This document shows positions 10,734 through 19,903 of a stretch of 64,000 nucleotides of DNA, one piece after another. How positions within the stretch are numbered: position 1 is the stretch's first letter; each line of letters begins with the position of its first letter. The DNA is taken from IMG/VR virus record IMGVR_UViG_3300020463_002162; one strand, written 5' to 3'. The notes beneath the pieces were generated by a model that was not told where the DNA came from, searched no databases, and was given only the letters and a program-made list of their open reading frames with translations. The DNA is from an uncultured virus (IMG/VR IMGVR_UViG_3300020463_002162). Lineage: Duplodnaviria > Heunggongvirae > Uroviricota > Caudoviricetes. Made by a program: the position numbers and the translations under genes.

Positions 10734-10928
10734 TTACTTACTTAATTTTACAAATGAACCATACAAGGACAATAAGCCCATTGTTGAGGTACATATAAAG
10801 AAGAACATTGCGTTCATCTCGCCGGCAAATGAGATATACTTGTCAATCTCATAAGTTAAAGTCATATAGGCTAACACCAATGAGATGATAGCGATAACAA
10901 AGTATTTAAGGTCGATAGTGATTTTCAT
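10734..10928 (-). CDS. Small two-TM membrane protein
   Basis: Two hydrophobic stretches; directly follows a copy of the early promoter element. Confidence 0.7.
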   Translation of the reverse strand: MKITIDLKYFVIAIISLVLAYMTLTYEIDKYISFAGEMNAMFFFICTSTMGLLSLYGSFVKLSK

Positions 10929-10940
10929 TATTCGTTCGTT

Positions 10941-11010
10941 TTTAATTACAGTACTAATATACGAAAAATATCTGACATAAAAAAATCTAGAGGCAATTAT
11001 TTTGCAAAAA
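10941..11010 (-). promoter_or_regulatory. Conserved ~70-bp early promoter element, copy 1
   Basis: Reverse complement reads TTTTGCAAAATAATTGCCTCTAG...TGTCAG...TATATTAGTACTGTAATTAAA; one mismatch to copy 2. Confidence 0.8.
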
Positions 11011-11019
11011 AATGCAAAA

Positions 11020-11045
11020 AAATGAGGTCCGAAGACCTCATCTTT
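11020..11045 (-). terminator. Intrinsic terminator after the 11064..12194 gene
   Basis: ATGAGGTC-CGAA-GACCTCAT hairpin followed by a U-run on the minus strand. Confidence 0.7.
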
Positions 11046-11063
11046 GGGAAGGGTTAAGTAAGC

Positions 11064-12194
11064 TTAGTTAAGCATTGCACCAATCTGGGATACTGTGTCC
11101 ATGTGAGCATCCTCAGCGAATGGGCTTCTAGTTGCACCTTTGAGGTTCCACTGCTTACCGAGTAGGTTACCTGCTTGTACCATCAGTTCAGTAGAGTCCT
11201 TGTCTTGCATATTCATCGCGAATAGATCTGGCGCGTGAGTAGCAACGTGTGTCATACCGTTAACAACTGACCAGATAGACTGGTTAGATTTAGATGCTTT
11301 CGCGTCAATAATTGGAATGTTAGCCTTAGTATATGCAGACTCATTCTCCATAAGTGGGATCCAGCTATCAGCTTTATCACCTACGTGACGCTTAATTTGG
11401 TTATGAGCCCATTTCATCTCTTGCATACTAGCAGGAGTATTAACAGCCTGTGTAACAGTATCTTGGAAACCAGTTGGGATAAACTTGTTTCTACGTAGTT
11501 GCTGCATGTGCTCAAAGAACTTCTCCATAGAGTCAGTCGACAAGTTTGCCAATGAGTAAGATTCTGCAGACATTGCAGTTGTACAACCATTAGCACACCA
11601 TAGTCGGTTTACGTATGGCATTACTTGTATACCACCGATAGGTGAGTTCTTCATGGTAATACCAGCTTGGAAGACCTCATTGTTCATACCGTCGATACCG
11701 AAGGAAGCTTTTGGGTTAAATGCGTTAATAGTAACCGAACCTTTATTGCCATCTACACCCCAGTTGGCGATCTCAAAGCCATTCTGGTCGATTAGACGAT
11801 CAGCTAGACCCATAAAACGCTCATGGGAGATGAGGTCGGTTGGTTTCTTAGAGAACCCGACAACCTTCTTTGTTGTCGGCGACAATACAATAGTAATCTC
11901 ATTCAACTGAGTAGCCATTGCATTCTTCATAGTATTAATAAACTGAGCTTTCGCTTCAGAGTTAAAGAGTGTCTCAAACTTCTTAGTAAAAGTCTGCGAC
12001 ATACCAATCATCTTGATTAGTCCTTTAAAAGCATCTTTGGTCATCTCGAGTCTCTTACCCTGATATTCAACAGTAGTGTCGTTGATCAGGTTAATGTCTC
12101 GAATAGCAACAGTCTTACGAAGAGACTGTGAGTTGAGGGTTTCCGCTTTACGGTTTTTAATAACCTCGTTTGAAAGTGTTTGTATCTGTGGCAT
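11064..12194 (-). CDS. DUF932-like early protein
   Basis: GITMKNS..GG..V.PYVNRLWCANG and WSVVNGMTH resemble DUF932 motifs. Confidence 0.55.
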   Translation of the reverse strand: MPQIQTLSNEVIKNRKAETLNSQSLRKTVAIRDINLINDTTVEYQGKRLEMTKDAFKGLIKMIGMSQTFTKKFETLFNSEAKAQFINTMKNAMATQLNEITIVLSPTTKKVVGFSKKPTDLISHERFMGLADRLIDQNGFEIANWGVDGNKGSVTINAFNPKASFGIDGMNNEVFQAGITMKNSPIGGIQVMPYVNRLWCANGCTTAMSAESYSLANLSTDSMEKFFEHMQQLRRNKFIPTGFQDTVTQAVNTPASMQEMKWAHNQIKRHVGDKADSWIPLMENESAYTKANIPIIDAKASKSNQSIWSVVNGMTHVATHAPDLFAMNMQDKDSTELMVQAGNLLGKQWNLKGATRSPFAEDAHMDTVSQIGAMLN

Positions 12195-12227
12195 ATACGT
12201 GTTTTTGTTATTAGTTATAGTATGTAT

Positions 12228-12398
12228 TTAGGCAATTGTTTCACCCTGAAGGGCTAATTGACGGTTCATAAAGTATTCTAGCTTACCATAAGCAAAGCCC
12301 ATAGCTTGAGGGTCATTGTTCTTGATAGCTTTATCTAGCTTATACTGCCAGTATTCGATTTTAGGCTGATAGCCATTAGGGTATTTATTCTTGTACAT
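12228..12398 (-). CDS. Small early hypothetical protein (56 aa)
   Basis: MYKNKYPNGYQ...; start reassigned to 12398 because the longer track ORF runs through the promoter element. Confidence 0.7.
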   Translation of the reverse strand: MYKNKYPNGYQPKIEYWQYKLDKAIKNNDPQAMGFAYGKLEYFMNRQLALQGETIA

Positions 12399-12410
12399 AT
12401 ATCGTTGATT

Positions 12411-12480
12411 TTTAATTACAGTACTAATATACGAAAAATATCTGACATAAAAAAATCTAGAGGCAACTATTTTGCAAAAA
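12411..12480 (-). promoter_or_regulatory. Early promoter element, copy 2
   Basis: Near-identical to 10941-11010. Confidence 0.8.
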
Positions 12481-12620
12481 AGTGGCATTTTTTTGTGAAA
12501 CAAAGGCCAATTTACCACTATAGTATAATGAGGTGTGTTAACATCATGCCTATATAAGTACCTACTAGTCTTGCAGTTAGTCCCAGAAGAGGGCTAGCTG
12601 GCGCGCCCACCACAAAATAA

Positions 12621-12688
12621 TTACAAAATAGTTGCCAAAAAGTTTTCTAGTGTCAATCTTTTTTATTATATTAGTACTGTAATTAAAA
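12621..12688 (+). promoter_or_regulatory. Early promoter element, copy 3, divergent from copy 2
   Basis: TTACAAAATAGTTGCC...TGTCA...TATATTAGTACTGTAATTAAAA just before ATG 12701. Confidence 0.8.
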
Positions 12689-12700
12689 CCTAATAACAAT

Positions 12701-13093
12701 ATGAAAGTATCAAATTTCGACAAGCCGTCAATAAAGGCAATTAGACAAGCAATGGATGAAGCCCTTGCTAAAGTAAGTAAAGAGTATGGGATTAAGATCT
12801 CTACAGGTAATGCAAGGTTCTCCAATGATGAGGTTACCTTCAAAGTTAAAGCCAACGTCATCGGTACAGGTGGTATAGTAAAGACAAAGGAAGCCCAAGC
12901 ATGGGACCTATATGCCAAACATGATGGTCTTGGCCATTTACATGTGGGTGACACCATTCAACTACAGGGTAAATCATTTACTATTGCAGGGTATAACACA
13001 AGGGCTAGAAAGTCGCCTATCAACATTACCGATAGTAACGGTAGAGGGTATAAGTGTTCAGTAGCCATGGTGAAAATGTACAACCAAGCGTAA
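12701..13093 (+). CDS. Early hypothetical protein
   Basis: 130-aa ORF directly after the early promoter element. Confidence 0.8.
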   Translation: MKVSNFDKPSIKAIRQAMDEALAKVSKEYGIKISTGNARFSNDEVTFKVKANVIGTGGIVKTKEAQAWDLYAKHDGLGHLHVGDTIQLQGKSFTIAGYNTRARKSPINITDSNGRGYKCSVAMVKMYNQA

Positions 13094-13099
13094 TACTAA

Positions 13100-13840
13100 C
13101 CCAATCGCAATCAGAGCCACAGAGGGTATATTAGCCCTCTGAGGCATAGTGTCGCCAGAGCCAGCGGGCTGTCGCGCGCAGTAACCCATGGGCAAAAGCC
13201 GAATTAAGGAGGAGGGGGAGAGAGGAAGCCCTTGCAGCATGACTTTTTAGTTAGTATTAATAATAGCTAATAGTATAGCGCGAATGTCCCAGATGCGCAC
13301 CAACTGTTCCGGGCCTGGGGAAGCCACTTTTAGGCCCGCGCATAGAAACCTCACAGTAAACCACAATGAAATACCCAGTATTCACCAGACCGGCCAACGA
13401 GGGGAAACGCAATGTTGCCCGTGGTAGAAAATTTGGGGCCCCCGGGGGAAGTACCGATTTACCCTCGAGGGCAACGTCGCTTCAAAACGCGACGCGCGCG
13501 CTCACAATTTCAACTCCAGGGTAGCGAAGCCACCCTAACACACCGATACTAAAACTTTACTTTCTCGTGAGTGACCTAAGCTAAGATGGGCTAATAGGGG
13601 TAATCGGTATTCTATGAGGTACTCAGAGGAACTTTTAGAATTCAGAGGGGTAGGCAGGGTAATACCTCAGGGGCCTATGAGGAACCTCCATGTCACACCG
13701 AGTGCCATCAGCCTTAGACAGTAGTCACAGCCCGCGTTGCCGAGAGGCCATAAAGATAGAGTGTAGAAAAAATTGCCCTTTGTAGCGGACGCAAAAAATT
13801 TCCAGAAAGAGGACTCAACTGAAACTAAATTTTCCTGGAA
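13100..13840. other. GC-rich non-coding region with multiple inverted repeats
   Basis: No credible ORF; hairpins CAGAGGG..CCCTCTG (13120-13141) and GTTGCCC..GGGCAAC (about 13413-13476); CG runs atypical of the window. Confidence 0.6.
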
Positions 13841-13841
13841 G

Positions 13842-13868
13842 AAACAATTTAGACTTTTAGACTATAAC
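13842..13868 (+). promoter_or_regulatory. AAAC-N17-TATAA(C/T/G) promoter class; other copies at 5329, 9203, 17828, 21321, 46533, 51500, 57478
   Basis: Eight copies with an exact 17-nt spacer, each just upstream of a gene start. Confidence 0.75.
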
Positions 13869-13883
13869 AACTAAAGAAACTCA

Positions 13884-14105
13884 ATGAACGTAAAAGATGA
13901 ATTCCGCACCAATCCACTCAGTCTTCAACCAGGTGGTGGTGTAGTCAGAGTCACTTTTAAGAATGGCACATTTAGAGACTATGACAAGATAAAGAACCCG
14001 GCCGCATTTATTAACCAGATTAAAAGAATAGCCACAGACGTCGAGAGCGCGGTCACTATCGACTGGGGCGAGCCAGATAAAGGACAATACAGTGACAGCG
14101 AATAA
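13884..14105 (+). CDS. Hypothetical protein
   Basis: 73-aa ORF after a promoter motif. Confidence 0.7.
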   Translation: MNVKDEFRTNPLSLQPGGGVVRVTFKNGTFRDYDKIKNPAAFINQIKRIATDVESAVTIDWGEPDKGQYSDSE

Positions 14106-14112
14106 TACAAAC

Positions 14113-14232
14113 ATGACAGCTCAACAGATTCTCGAGGAGATTCTGAAGGCTAAATTTAATAAGGAACATCCGACTAGGATACAGAAACTACAGCAGGCAC
14201 TAGACGCAAAAAGAAAAACTAATGGCGAATAA
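14113..14232 (+). CDS. Small hypothetical protein (39 aa)
   Basis: MTAQQILEEILKAKF... fills the gap between neighbouring genes. Confidence 0.45.
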   Translation: MTAQQILEEILKAKFNKEHPTRIQKLQQALDAKRKTNGE

Positions 14233-14434
14233 AAAAGAAAAGACTACTACGATAGAGATGAAATGGACATGGAGAGCTCACATGGCTTCTCTAATTAGAT
14301 TCATTGAGCAAGGCAATGACGACAACAAACAGTTTGCCTATGATGAACTAATGAAGCTAGCAGATCAGTTAGATGTCTCTTTCCCAATAAAACAAAATGA
14401 AGATGAGAAAGTCAAAAGCGATAAAGAGGCGTAG
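14222..14434 (+). CDS. Hypothetical protein
   Basis: ORF in a tightly packed operon. Confidence 0.65.
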   Translation: MANKKEKTTTIEMKWTWRAHMASLIRFIEQGNDDNKQFAYDELMKLADQLDVSFPIKQNEDEKVKSDKEA

Positions 14435-14612
14435 CGGACCAGGTTCGTATAAAAAGATTAAGTGTATGAACCACGACCCTGAGAATTCTAAATGGGGAGA
14501 ATACGCACCATCTCTAAATGGTTGTACTGAGATTGTTGAGGTACCAGTGGAAACTAACAGAGTGCTTTGCTTTAAGTGTACTTCGAGATCTACGAGTGGA
14601 GTAAAGTTTTAA
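14397..14612 (+). CDS. Small Cys-rich, putative Zn-binding protein
   Basis: C..H...C...CFKC. Confidence 0.6.
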   Translation: MKMRKSKAIKRRSGPGSYKKIKCMNHDPENSKWGEYAPSLNGCTEIVEVPVETNRVLCFKCTSRSTSGVKF

Positions 14613-15337
14613 GACCAGTATGGACGAACGATTTCATCAAGAGACAACATCTCTCTGGTATCATACATTTCTTCAAGGGGTTTATTCTCATCTCCCTTTC
14701 TTCTTTCAGTAGCATAATTACAAGCCGACCAATACTTTTCTAAACCAGGTATCTTTTCAACATCCTCTCTGTATCTGTCATATAGCTTAAGAGTTTGTAG
14801 ACATGGAGGTGTATGGTCGAATTCTACTTTACCAGAACCTTTAGTTCTATAATAAGGGAAGCCTAAGTTAGCTCTTCTAGAATCTTTGAATAGATCTTCA
14901 ATGTCAAGGCCTGGTATTCTATCAAATTGTTCAATAGTTAAATCTATAATTCTACCAGAAGTTTTATGTTGACAGAACCAATGAGTAGTCTGTCCACGTT
15001 TACCTTTAAATTCAAACTTAATTTCTTTGATTAGTCTTAGGTCATAATCACCATCATATCCGCCTTCTGTATAAAATACAAATTGTGAGATAGGATAACA
15101 ATATCCATAAGGGAAAGAAGTATCTAATCCAGCTTTCTTTAGAGCTTCTGTTTTATCAGCATGTTTAACGCCGGAATCTGGAGAGACTGTACCAGAATTA
15201 TGTGGTTCTAAAAGATCTGTATTCTTCTTAAACCAATTAAGCATACGAACATATCCAGAGTTGTCAACCTTTGGTTCGACTTCCTCATTTAAGTGTTTGT
15301 TCATACTTCTCTCGAAGTCATGTCTAATCCAAGTCAT
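14609..15337 (-). CDS. Putative papain/transglutaminase-fold protein
   Basis: YGYCYP ... THWF ... IIDLTIEQF (Cys-His-Asp order); GATATATA upstream on the minus strand (15361-15368). Confidence 0.55.
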   Translation of the reverse strand: MTWIRHDFERSMNKHLNEEVEPKVDNSGYVRMLNWFKKNTDLLEPHNSGTVSPDSGVKHADKTEALKKAGLDTSFPYGYCYPISQFVFYTEGGYDGDYDLRLIKEIKFEFKGKRGQTTHWFCQHKTSGRIIDLTIEQFDRIPGLDIEDLFKDSRRANLGFPYYRTKGSGKVEFDHTPPCLQTLKLYDRYREDVEKIPGLEKYWSACNYATERRKGDENKPLEEMYDTREMLSLDEIVRPYWS

Positions 15338-15481
15338 TGTGGTTTGTCTATTTGTTTAAATATATATCCAGTTTTCTTTTGCAGCTTCATAAAAGATATT
15401 TATTATACTTCTCGATTGAAACTTTGTTTAAAAATAAAGTAAAATAGATAACTTGAGTACTTACCTATATTACATAACGAA

Positions 15482-16351
15482 ATGGAATTGATTAAAGAGA
15501 TTGGCAAGACGCCAATGATTAGAATTAGCAAAGGCCTATATGCTAAAGCAGAATTACTTAATCCAACTGGGTCGATTAAAGATCGTCCTGCAAGTTGGAT
15601 TCTTTCTTTTGGAGGATTCGATGGTGACAAATACGATACAATATGTGAAGCCACCTCTGGAAATATGGGTGTTAGCTTTGCATGGCTAGCAGCAACATTA
15701 GGAGCTACATGTGTAATCGTTATGCCGGAGAATATGTCTGAAGAGAGAAAGAAGACTCTAGAGTATTATGGTGCAAAATTAATTGAAGTTGAAGCAGGTA
15801 ACTTTGATAGAGCTATAGAAATTAGAGATGAACTATGTGAAGAGAACGGTTGGTTTAACTGTAATCAATTTGCAAATGATTGGAATATCGAAGCACATAA
15901 AATGACGACTGCAGTAGAGATTCTAGACTGGGCTTCAGAAAATAGAAAAGATATTTCAGCACTAGTTACTGGAACTGGAACTGGTGGAACTCTAATGGGA
16001 TGTCATGCAAGACTTAAACCTAATTTCCCTAAATTAAAAATGGTTGCAGTAGAACCAGAAGAAAGTGCAGTTATGTCAGGTGGAGAACCTGGAGTACATG
16101 GAATTCAAGGTATTGGTGATGGTTCTAAATTTCTAGTCAATATGCAATGCGTAGATTACATTTCAGTTATTTCTACAGAAGATGCTAAACAGAGAGCTAG
16201 AGATCTAGCAAAAACACACGGCTTATTTGTTGGTATTTCTGCAGGTGCAAATATCTTAGCAGCAGAGAGATTTATAGAACAGACAAAACCAGAAGGTGAT
16301 GTTGTTACTTTCTTATGTGATAGAGGCGATAGATATTTCAGCTGCTTATGA
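15482..16351 (+). CDS. cysK: Cysteine synthase (PLP-dependent O-acetylserine sulfhydrylase)
   Basis: NPTGSIKDR, EATSGN, GTGTGGT, HGIQGIG, CDRGDRY. Confidence 0.92.
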   Translation: MELIKEIGKTPMIRISKGLYAKAELLNPTGSIKDRPASWILSFGGFDGDKYDTICEATSGNMGVSFAWLAATLGATCVIVMPENMSEERKKTLEYYGAKLIEVEAGNFDRAIEIRDELCEENGWFNCNQFANDWNIEAHKMTTAVEILDWASENRKDISALVTGTGTGGTLMGCHARLKPNFPKLKMVAVEPEESAVMSGGEPGVHGIQGIGDGSKFLVNMQCVDYISVISTEDAKQRARDLAKTHGLFVGISAGANILAAERFIEQTKPEGDVVTFLCDRGDRYFSCL

Positions 16352-17262
16352 ACACACTCGATAAACAATACCAGGAGTTGCTAGAAGACATCCTACACAA
16401 TGGTGTCCAAAAAGAAGATAGAACCGGAACAGGCACTTACTCTGTATTCGGCAGGCAGATTCGTCACAACATGAAAGAAGGTTTTCCACTTCTAACTACA
16501 AAGAAGATGGCATGGAAAACAATGATTACAGAATTACTTTGGTTTTTAAAAGGAGATACTCATATTAAATTCTTATTAGACCATAATTGTAACATTTGGA
16601 CTGGAGATGCCTACAAGGCTTATAGAAAATCAGTAGAAGAACATTATGAGAATGGCGGCGATGTAGCTGAGATGAAACAATTCATTGAAGAGATTAAGAG
16701 TGGGAATGATAAAGAGTGGGGAGACTTAGGTCCAGTCTACGGAGAACAATGGAGAAGCTGGAATGGCATAGATCAAATTGAAGAACTAATTTACAATCTA
16801 AAACAACATCCAGATTCTAGAAGACATCTTGTTAATGCATGGAATGTAGAAGACTTAGATCAAATGGTTCTACCACCATGCCATTATGGCTTTCAATGTT
16901 ATGTGAGAAATGGTAAATATCTTTCTCTAATGTGGAACCAAAGATCTGTAGATACTTTCTTAGGACTTCCATTTAACATAGCATCTTATGGTCTATTGCT
17001 TATGATGATTGCAAAAGAATGTGATTTAATACCAGATGAACTAATAGGTAATTTAGGTGATGTTCATTTATATAAGAACCATGTAGAACAAGCTATCGAA
17101 CAAATCAAAAGAGAACCATTTACTTTACCAGATGTAAGTCTAATGTCAAACATTAATTTTAAAGCTGCATTGAATGGTACATTGGATAAAATTCAATGGG
17201 AAGACTTTTACTTACTAGGTTATCAATCACATGAAAGCATCAAAGCCAAATTATCAAATTGA
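16348..17262 (+). CDS. thyA: Thymidylate synthase
   Basis: DRTGTGT, ELLWFL, LPPCH, QRSVD..LGLPFN, HLYKNH. Confidence 0.97.
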   Translation: MNTLDKQYQELLEDILHNGVQKEDRTGTGTYSVFGRQIRHNMKEGFPLLTTKKMAWKTMITELLWFLKGDTHIKFLLDHNCNIWTGDAYKAYRKSVEEHYENGGDVAEMKQFIEEIKSGNDKEWGDLGPVYGEQWRSWNGIDQIEELIYNLKQHPDSRRHLVNAWNVEDLDQMVLPPCHYGFQCYVRNGKYLSLMWNQRSVDTFLGLPFNIASYGLLLMMIAKECDLIPDELIGNLGDVHLYKNHVEQAIEQIKREPFTLPDVSLMSNINFKAALNGTLDKIQWEDFYLLGYQSHESIKAKLSN

Positions 17263-17365
17263 CCCGAAGGATCGTCCTTGGGTAGACCGTGAACAATCGG
17301 AATATGACTCATTCTCTTATGGAGATGAACAAGACGAGCCAGACTTCGACCATAATGAATACTAA

Positions 17366-17821
17366 ATGAAATTCAAAAAACTAACAGGAGCTCCACAATT
17401 TGAATTAGCTCCATACGTAAAAGAATACTTAGATAAACATAAGTACCATGATATTAAAATGTATATGGGCTGTGATTCTCAAACTAGGAATGGTCAAACC
17501 ACTTATGCCACAACTCTAGTATTCCATGTATCTTCTACAGGATGCCATGTAATTTACAAAAAAGAAAAGTACCCAGAGATTAAAGATATTTGGAATAGAC
17601 TTTGGAAAGAATGTGAAAAATCTGTTGAGGTTGCATTGTATCTTCGCGAGCATGGAATTGAGATAGATACTATTGATTTAGACTATAATATAGATCCAAC
17701 TAAAAAATCAAATAAGTTAGTGAAGGCAGCTGTAGGATATGTACATGGCTTTGGTTTCAAAGCTAGGTATAAACCAGAACTATTACCTGGAGTATATGCG
17801 GCTGACAACATTGCTAATTAA
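17366..17821 (+). CDS. RNase H-like YkuK/DUF458 protein
   Basis: MGCDSQ, RLWKE, IDLDYN, KSN, YKP..P.VYAAD. Confidence 0.75.
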   Translation: MKFKKLTGAPQFELAPYVKEYLDKHKYHDIKMYMGCDSQTRNGQTTYATTLVFHVSSTGCHVIYKKEKYPEIKDIWNRLWKECEKSVEVALYLREHGIEIDTIDLDYNIDPTKKSNKLVKAAVGYVHGFGFKARYKPELLPGVYAADNIAN

Positions 17822-17878
17822 AAGTGTAAACAATAGATAGTTTACTTATATAATAGTTACAAACAATAATTTATACTT

Positions 17879-19891
17879 ATGCCAATAGCAGACGGATACG
17901 AAAGTGAAAAAGGTAAGAACTTCAGAAACAAGAAGAAGGCTACGCCATTCTTGGATGAATTTGGTGAAGACTTAACTAAAGCAGCTGGACAGGGAATACT
18001 AGACCCAATTATCGGTAGAGACAGAGAGATCTACAGAATTTGTCAAATTCTTGCAAGACGTAAGAAGAACAATCCTATTATTCTTGGAGATCCAGGTGTA
18101 GGTAAGACTGCTATTGTAGAAGCTATAGCGCAAAGGATTGTTAGTAAAAAAGTTGCTAGAGTTCTACTTAATAAAAGAGTAATTTCTTTAAACATGACAA
18201 CCATCGTTGCTGGTACTAAGTATCGTGGTGAATTTGAAGAGAGAATGAAGAACATTGTAGAAGAGTTAAAGATGGCAGATGATGTAATTGTCTTTATTGA
18301 TGAATTACATACTATTGTTGGAGCAGGTGGAGTATCTGGAGCACTTGATGCTTCAAATATCTTAAAACCAGCATTAGCCAGAGGTTCCGTACAATGTATT
18401 GGAGCAACTACATTAGATGAATATAGAGAAAGTATCGAAGATGATGGAGCGTTAACCAGACGATTCCAAGAGGTATTCATTGACCCACCAACAGTAGAAG
18501 ATGCAATTGAAATTCTAACAAGGATTAAACATAAGTACGAAGAGCATCACTCTGTAGAATACTCTGAAGAAGCAATTGAAGCTTGTGTTAGAATGTCTGA
18601 AAGATACATTAAATCTAGAGAATTACCAGATAAAGCTATTGATTTGATGGACGAAGCAGGAGCAAGAACACATTTATTGGAAGTGAAAGTACCTGCTAAG
18701 ATTAAGGAGTTAGAACAAAAAGCTGATGAAGCAAAAAGAAAGAAGAAAGAAGCTGTAGAAAAGCAAGACTATGAGATTGCTGCTACAATGAGAGATGAAC
18801 AAATTAACTTAGAAAGTAAAGTAAGTTTAGAGATTACAAAATGGGAGTCTAATCTAAAGACAAAGAAAAGACAAGTTAGCATTGACGATATTTCAGAAAC
18901 TGTATCGATGGCAACAGGAATTCCTGTTACAAGATTAGGTGCTGATGATATGAAGATGATTAAGCAAATGGCTGACTATATGAAAAAATCTATTGTTGGT
19001 CAAGACAGAGCAGTTAACGCTTTAGCTAAAGTAATTAAAAGATCTAGAACTGGAGTTGCATCTTCTAAAAAACCAACAGGTTCATTCATGTTCTTAGGTC
19101 CAACTGGTGTTGGTAAAACTGAAACTGTAAAAGCTTTAGCAGAATATATGTTTGGTGATACTGATGCAATGATTAGAATTGATATGTCAGAGTATCAAGA
19201 AAAGTTTACAGTCTCAAGATTAGTAGGAGCGCCTCCGGGATATGTTGGTCATGATGAAGGCGGTCAATTAACTGAAGCAGTAAGACGTAAACCTTATTCT
19301 GTTGTATTATTCGATGAGGTTGAAAAGGCACATCCAGATATTTTTAACACTTTACTTCAAGTTCTTGATGAAGGTAGATTAACAGATTCAAGTGGTAGAG
19401 TGGTAGACTTCACTAATACCATCATAGTATTAACATCTAATGTTGGTGCTAGAAAACTTGCAGACTTTGGAACAGGTATTGGTTTCTCTACCTCATCATC
19501 AATGTTGGAAGAACAATCTAAGATGGATGGTATTATTAAGAAAGAACTTAAGAATAAATTTAGTCCAGAATTCTTAAATAGATTAGATGAAATTATTGTC
19601 TTCGACCAACTTAGCAATTCAAACGTACTCAAGATTGTAGATATTGAGCTAAATAACTTTACAGAAAGAATGCAAGTACAAGGTATGACATTTAAGTTCA
19701 GTAAAAATGCAAAAGACTTTTTAGCAAAAGAAGGTTACGATCCGGCTTATGGTGCAAGACCCGTAAAAAGAGCTATTCAAAAATATGTTGAAGACGCTGT
19801 AGCTGACGCAATTTTAGACGGTAAAATAAAAGAAGGCAAAACTTACACAATTTCCAAAGATAGGAAAATAAATAAACTAACAGTAAAATAG
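17879..19891 (+). CDS. clpC: ClpC-like double AAA+ chaperone lacking the N-domain
   Basis: GDPGVGKT and GPTGVGKT, RELPDKAIDL, UVR-type M-domain AVEKQDYEIAATMRD, IGF loop, YGARP. Confidence 0.9.
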   Translation: MPIADGYESEKGKNFRNKKKATPFLDEFGEDLTKAAGQGILDPIIGRDREIYRICQILARRKKNNPIILGDPGVGKTAIVEAIAQRIVSKKVARVLLNKRVISLNMTTIVAGTKYRGEFEERMKNIVEELKMADDVIVFIDELHTIVGAGGVSGALDASNILKPALARGSVQCIGATTLDEYRESIEDDGALTRRFQEVFIDPPTVEDAIEILTRIKHKYEEHHSVEYSEEAIEACVRMSERYIKSRELPDKAIDLMDEAGARTHLLEVKVPAKIKELEQKADEAKRKKKEAVEKQDYEIAATMRDEQINLESKVSLEITKWESNLKTKKRQVSIDDISETVSMATGIPVTRLGADDMKMIKQMADYMKKSIVGQDRAVNALAKVIKRSRTGVASSKKPTGSFMFLGPTGVGKTETVKALAEYMFGDTDAMIRIDMSEYQEKFTVSRLVGAPPGYVGHDEGGQLTEAVRRKPYSVVLFDEVEKAHPDIFNTLLQVLDEGRLTDSSGRVVDFTNTIIVLTSNVGARKLADFGTGIGFSTSSSMLEEQSKMDGIIKKELKNKFSPEFLNRLDEIIVFDQLSNSNVLKIVDIELNNFTERMQVQGMTFKFSKNAKDFLAKEGYDPAYGARPVKRAIQKYVEDAVADAILDGKIKEGKTYTISKDRKINKLTVK

Positions 19892-19903
19892 TTTATTTAG
19901 ACA

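Noticed and set aside
12399..12518. N-terminal extension of the 12228..12518 ORF and the 52752..52964 ORF, both containing YISTVIKNQ
   Set aside because: The shared peptide is a translation of the repeated promoter element
12577..13240. Minus-strand ORFs 12577..12957 and 13058..13240
   Set aside because: Antisense to a promoter-supported gene or inside the GC-rich island, with atypical composition
13190..13260. GAGGAAG motif suggesting RNase P RNA; tRNA or tmRNA in the GC-rich island
   Set aside because: No GAGGAAAGUCC or P4 partner, no T-loop GTTCRA cloverleaf and no tag ORF found by eye
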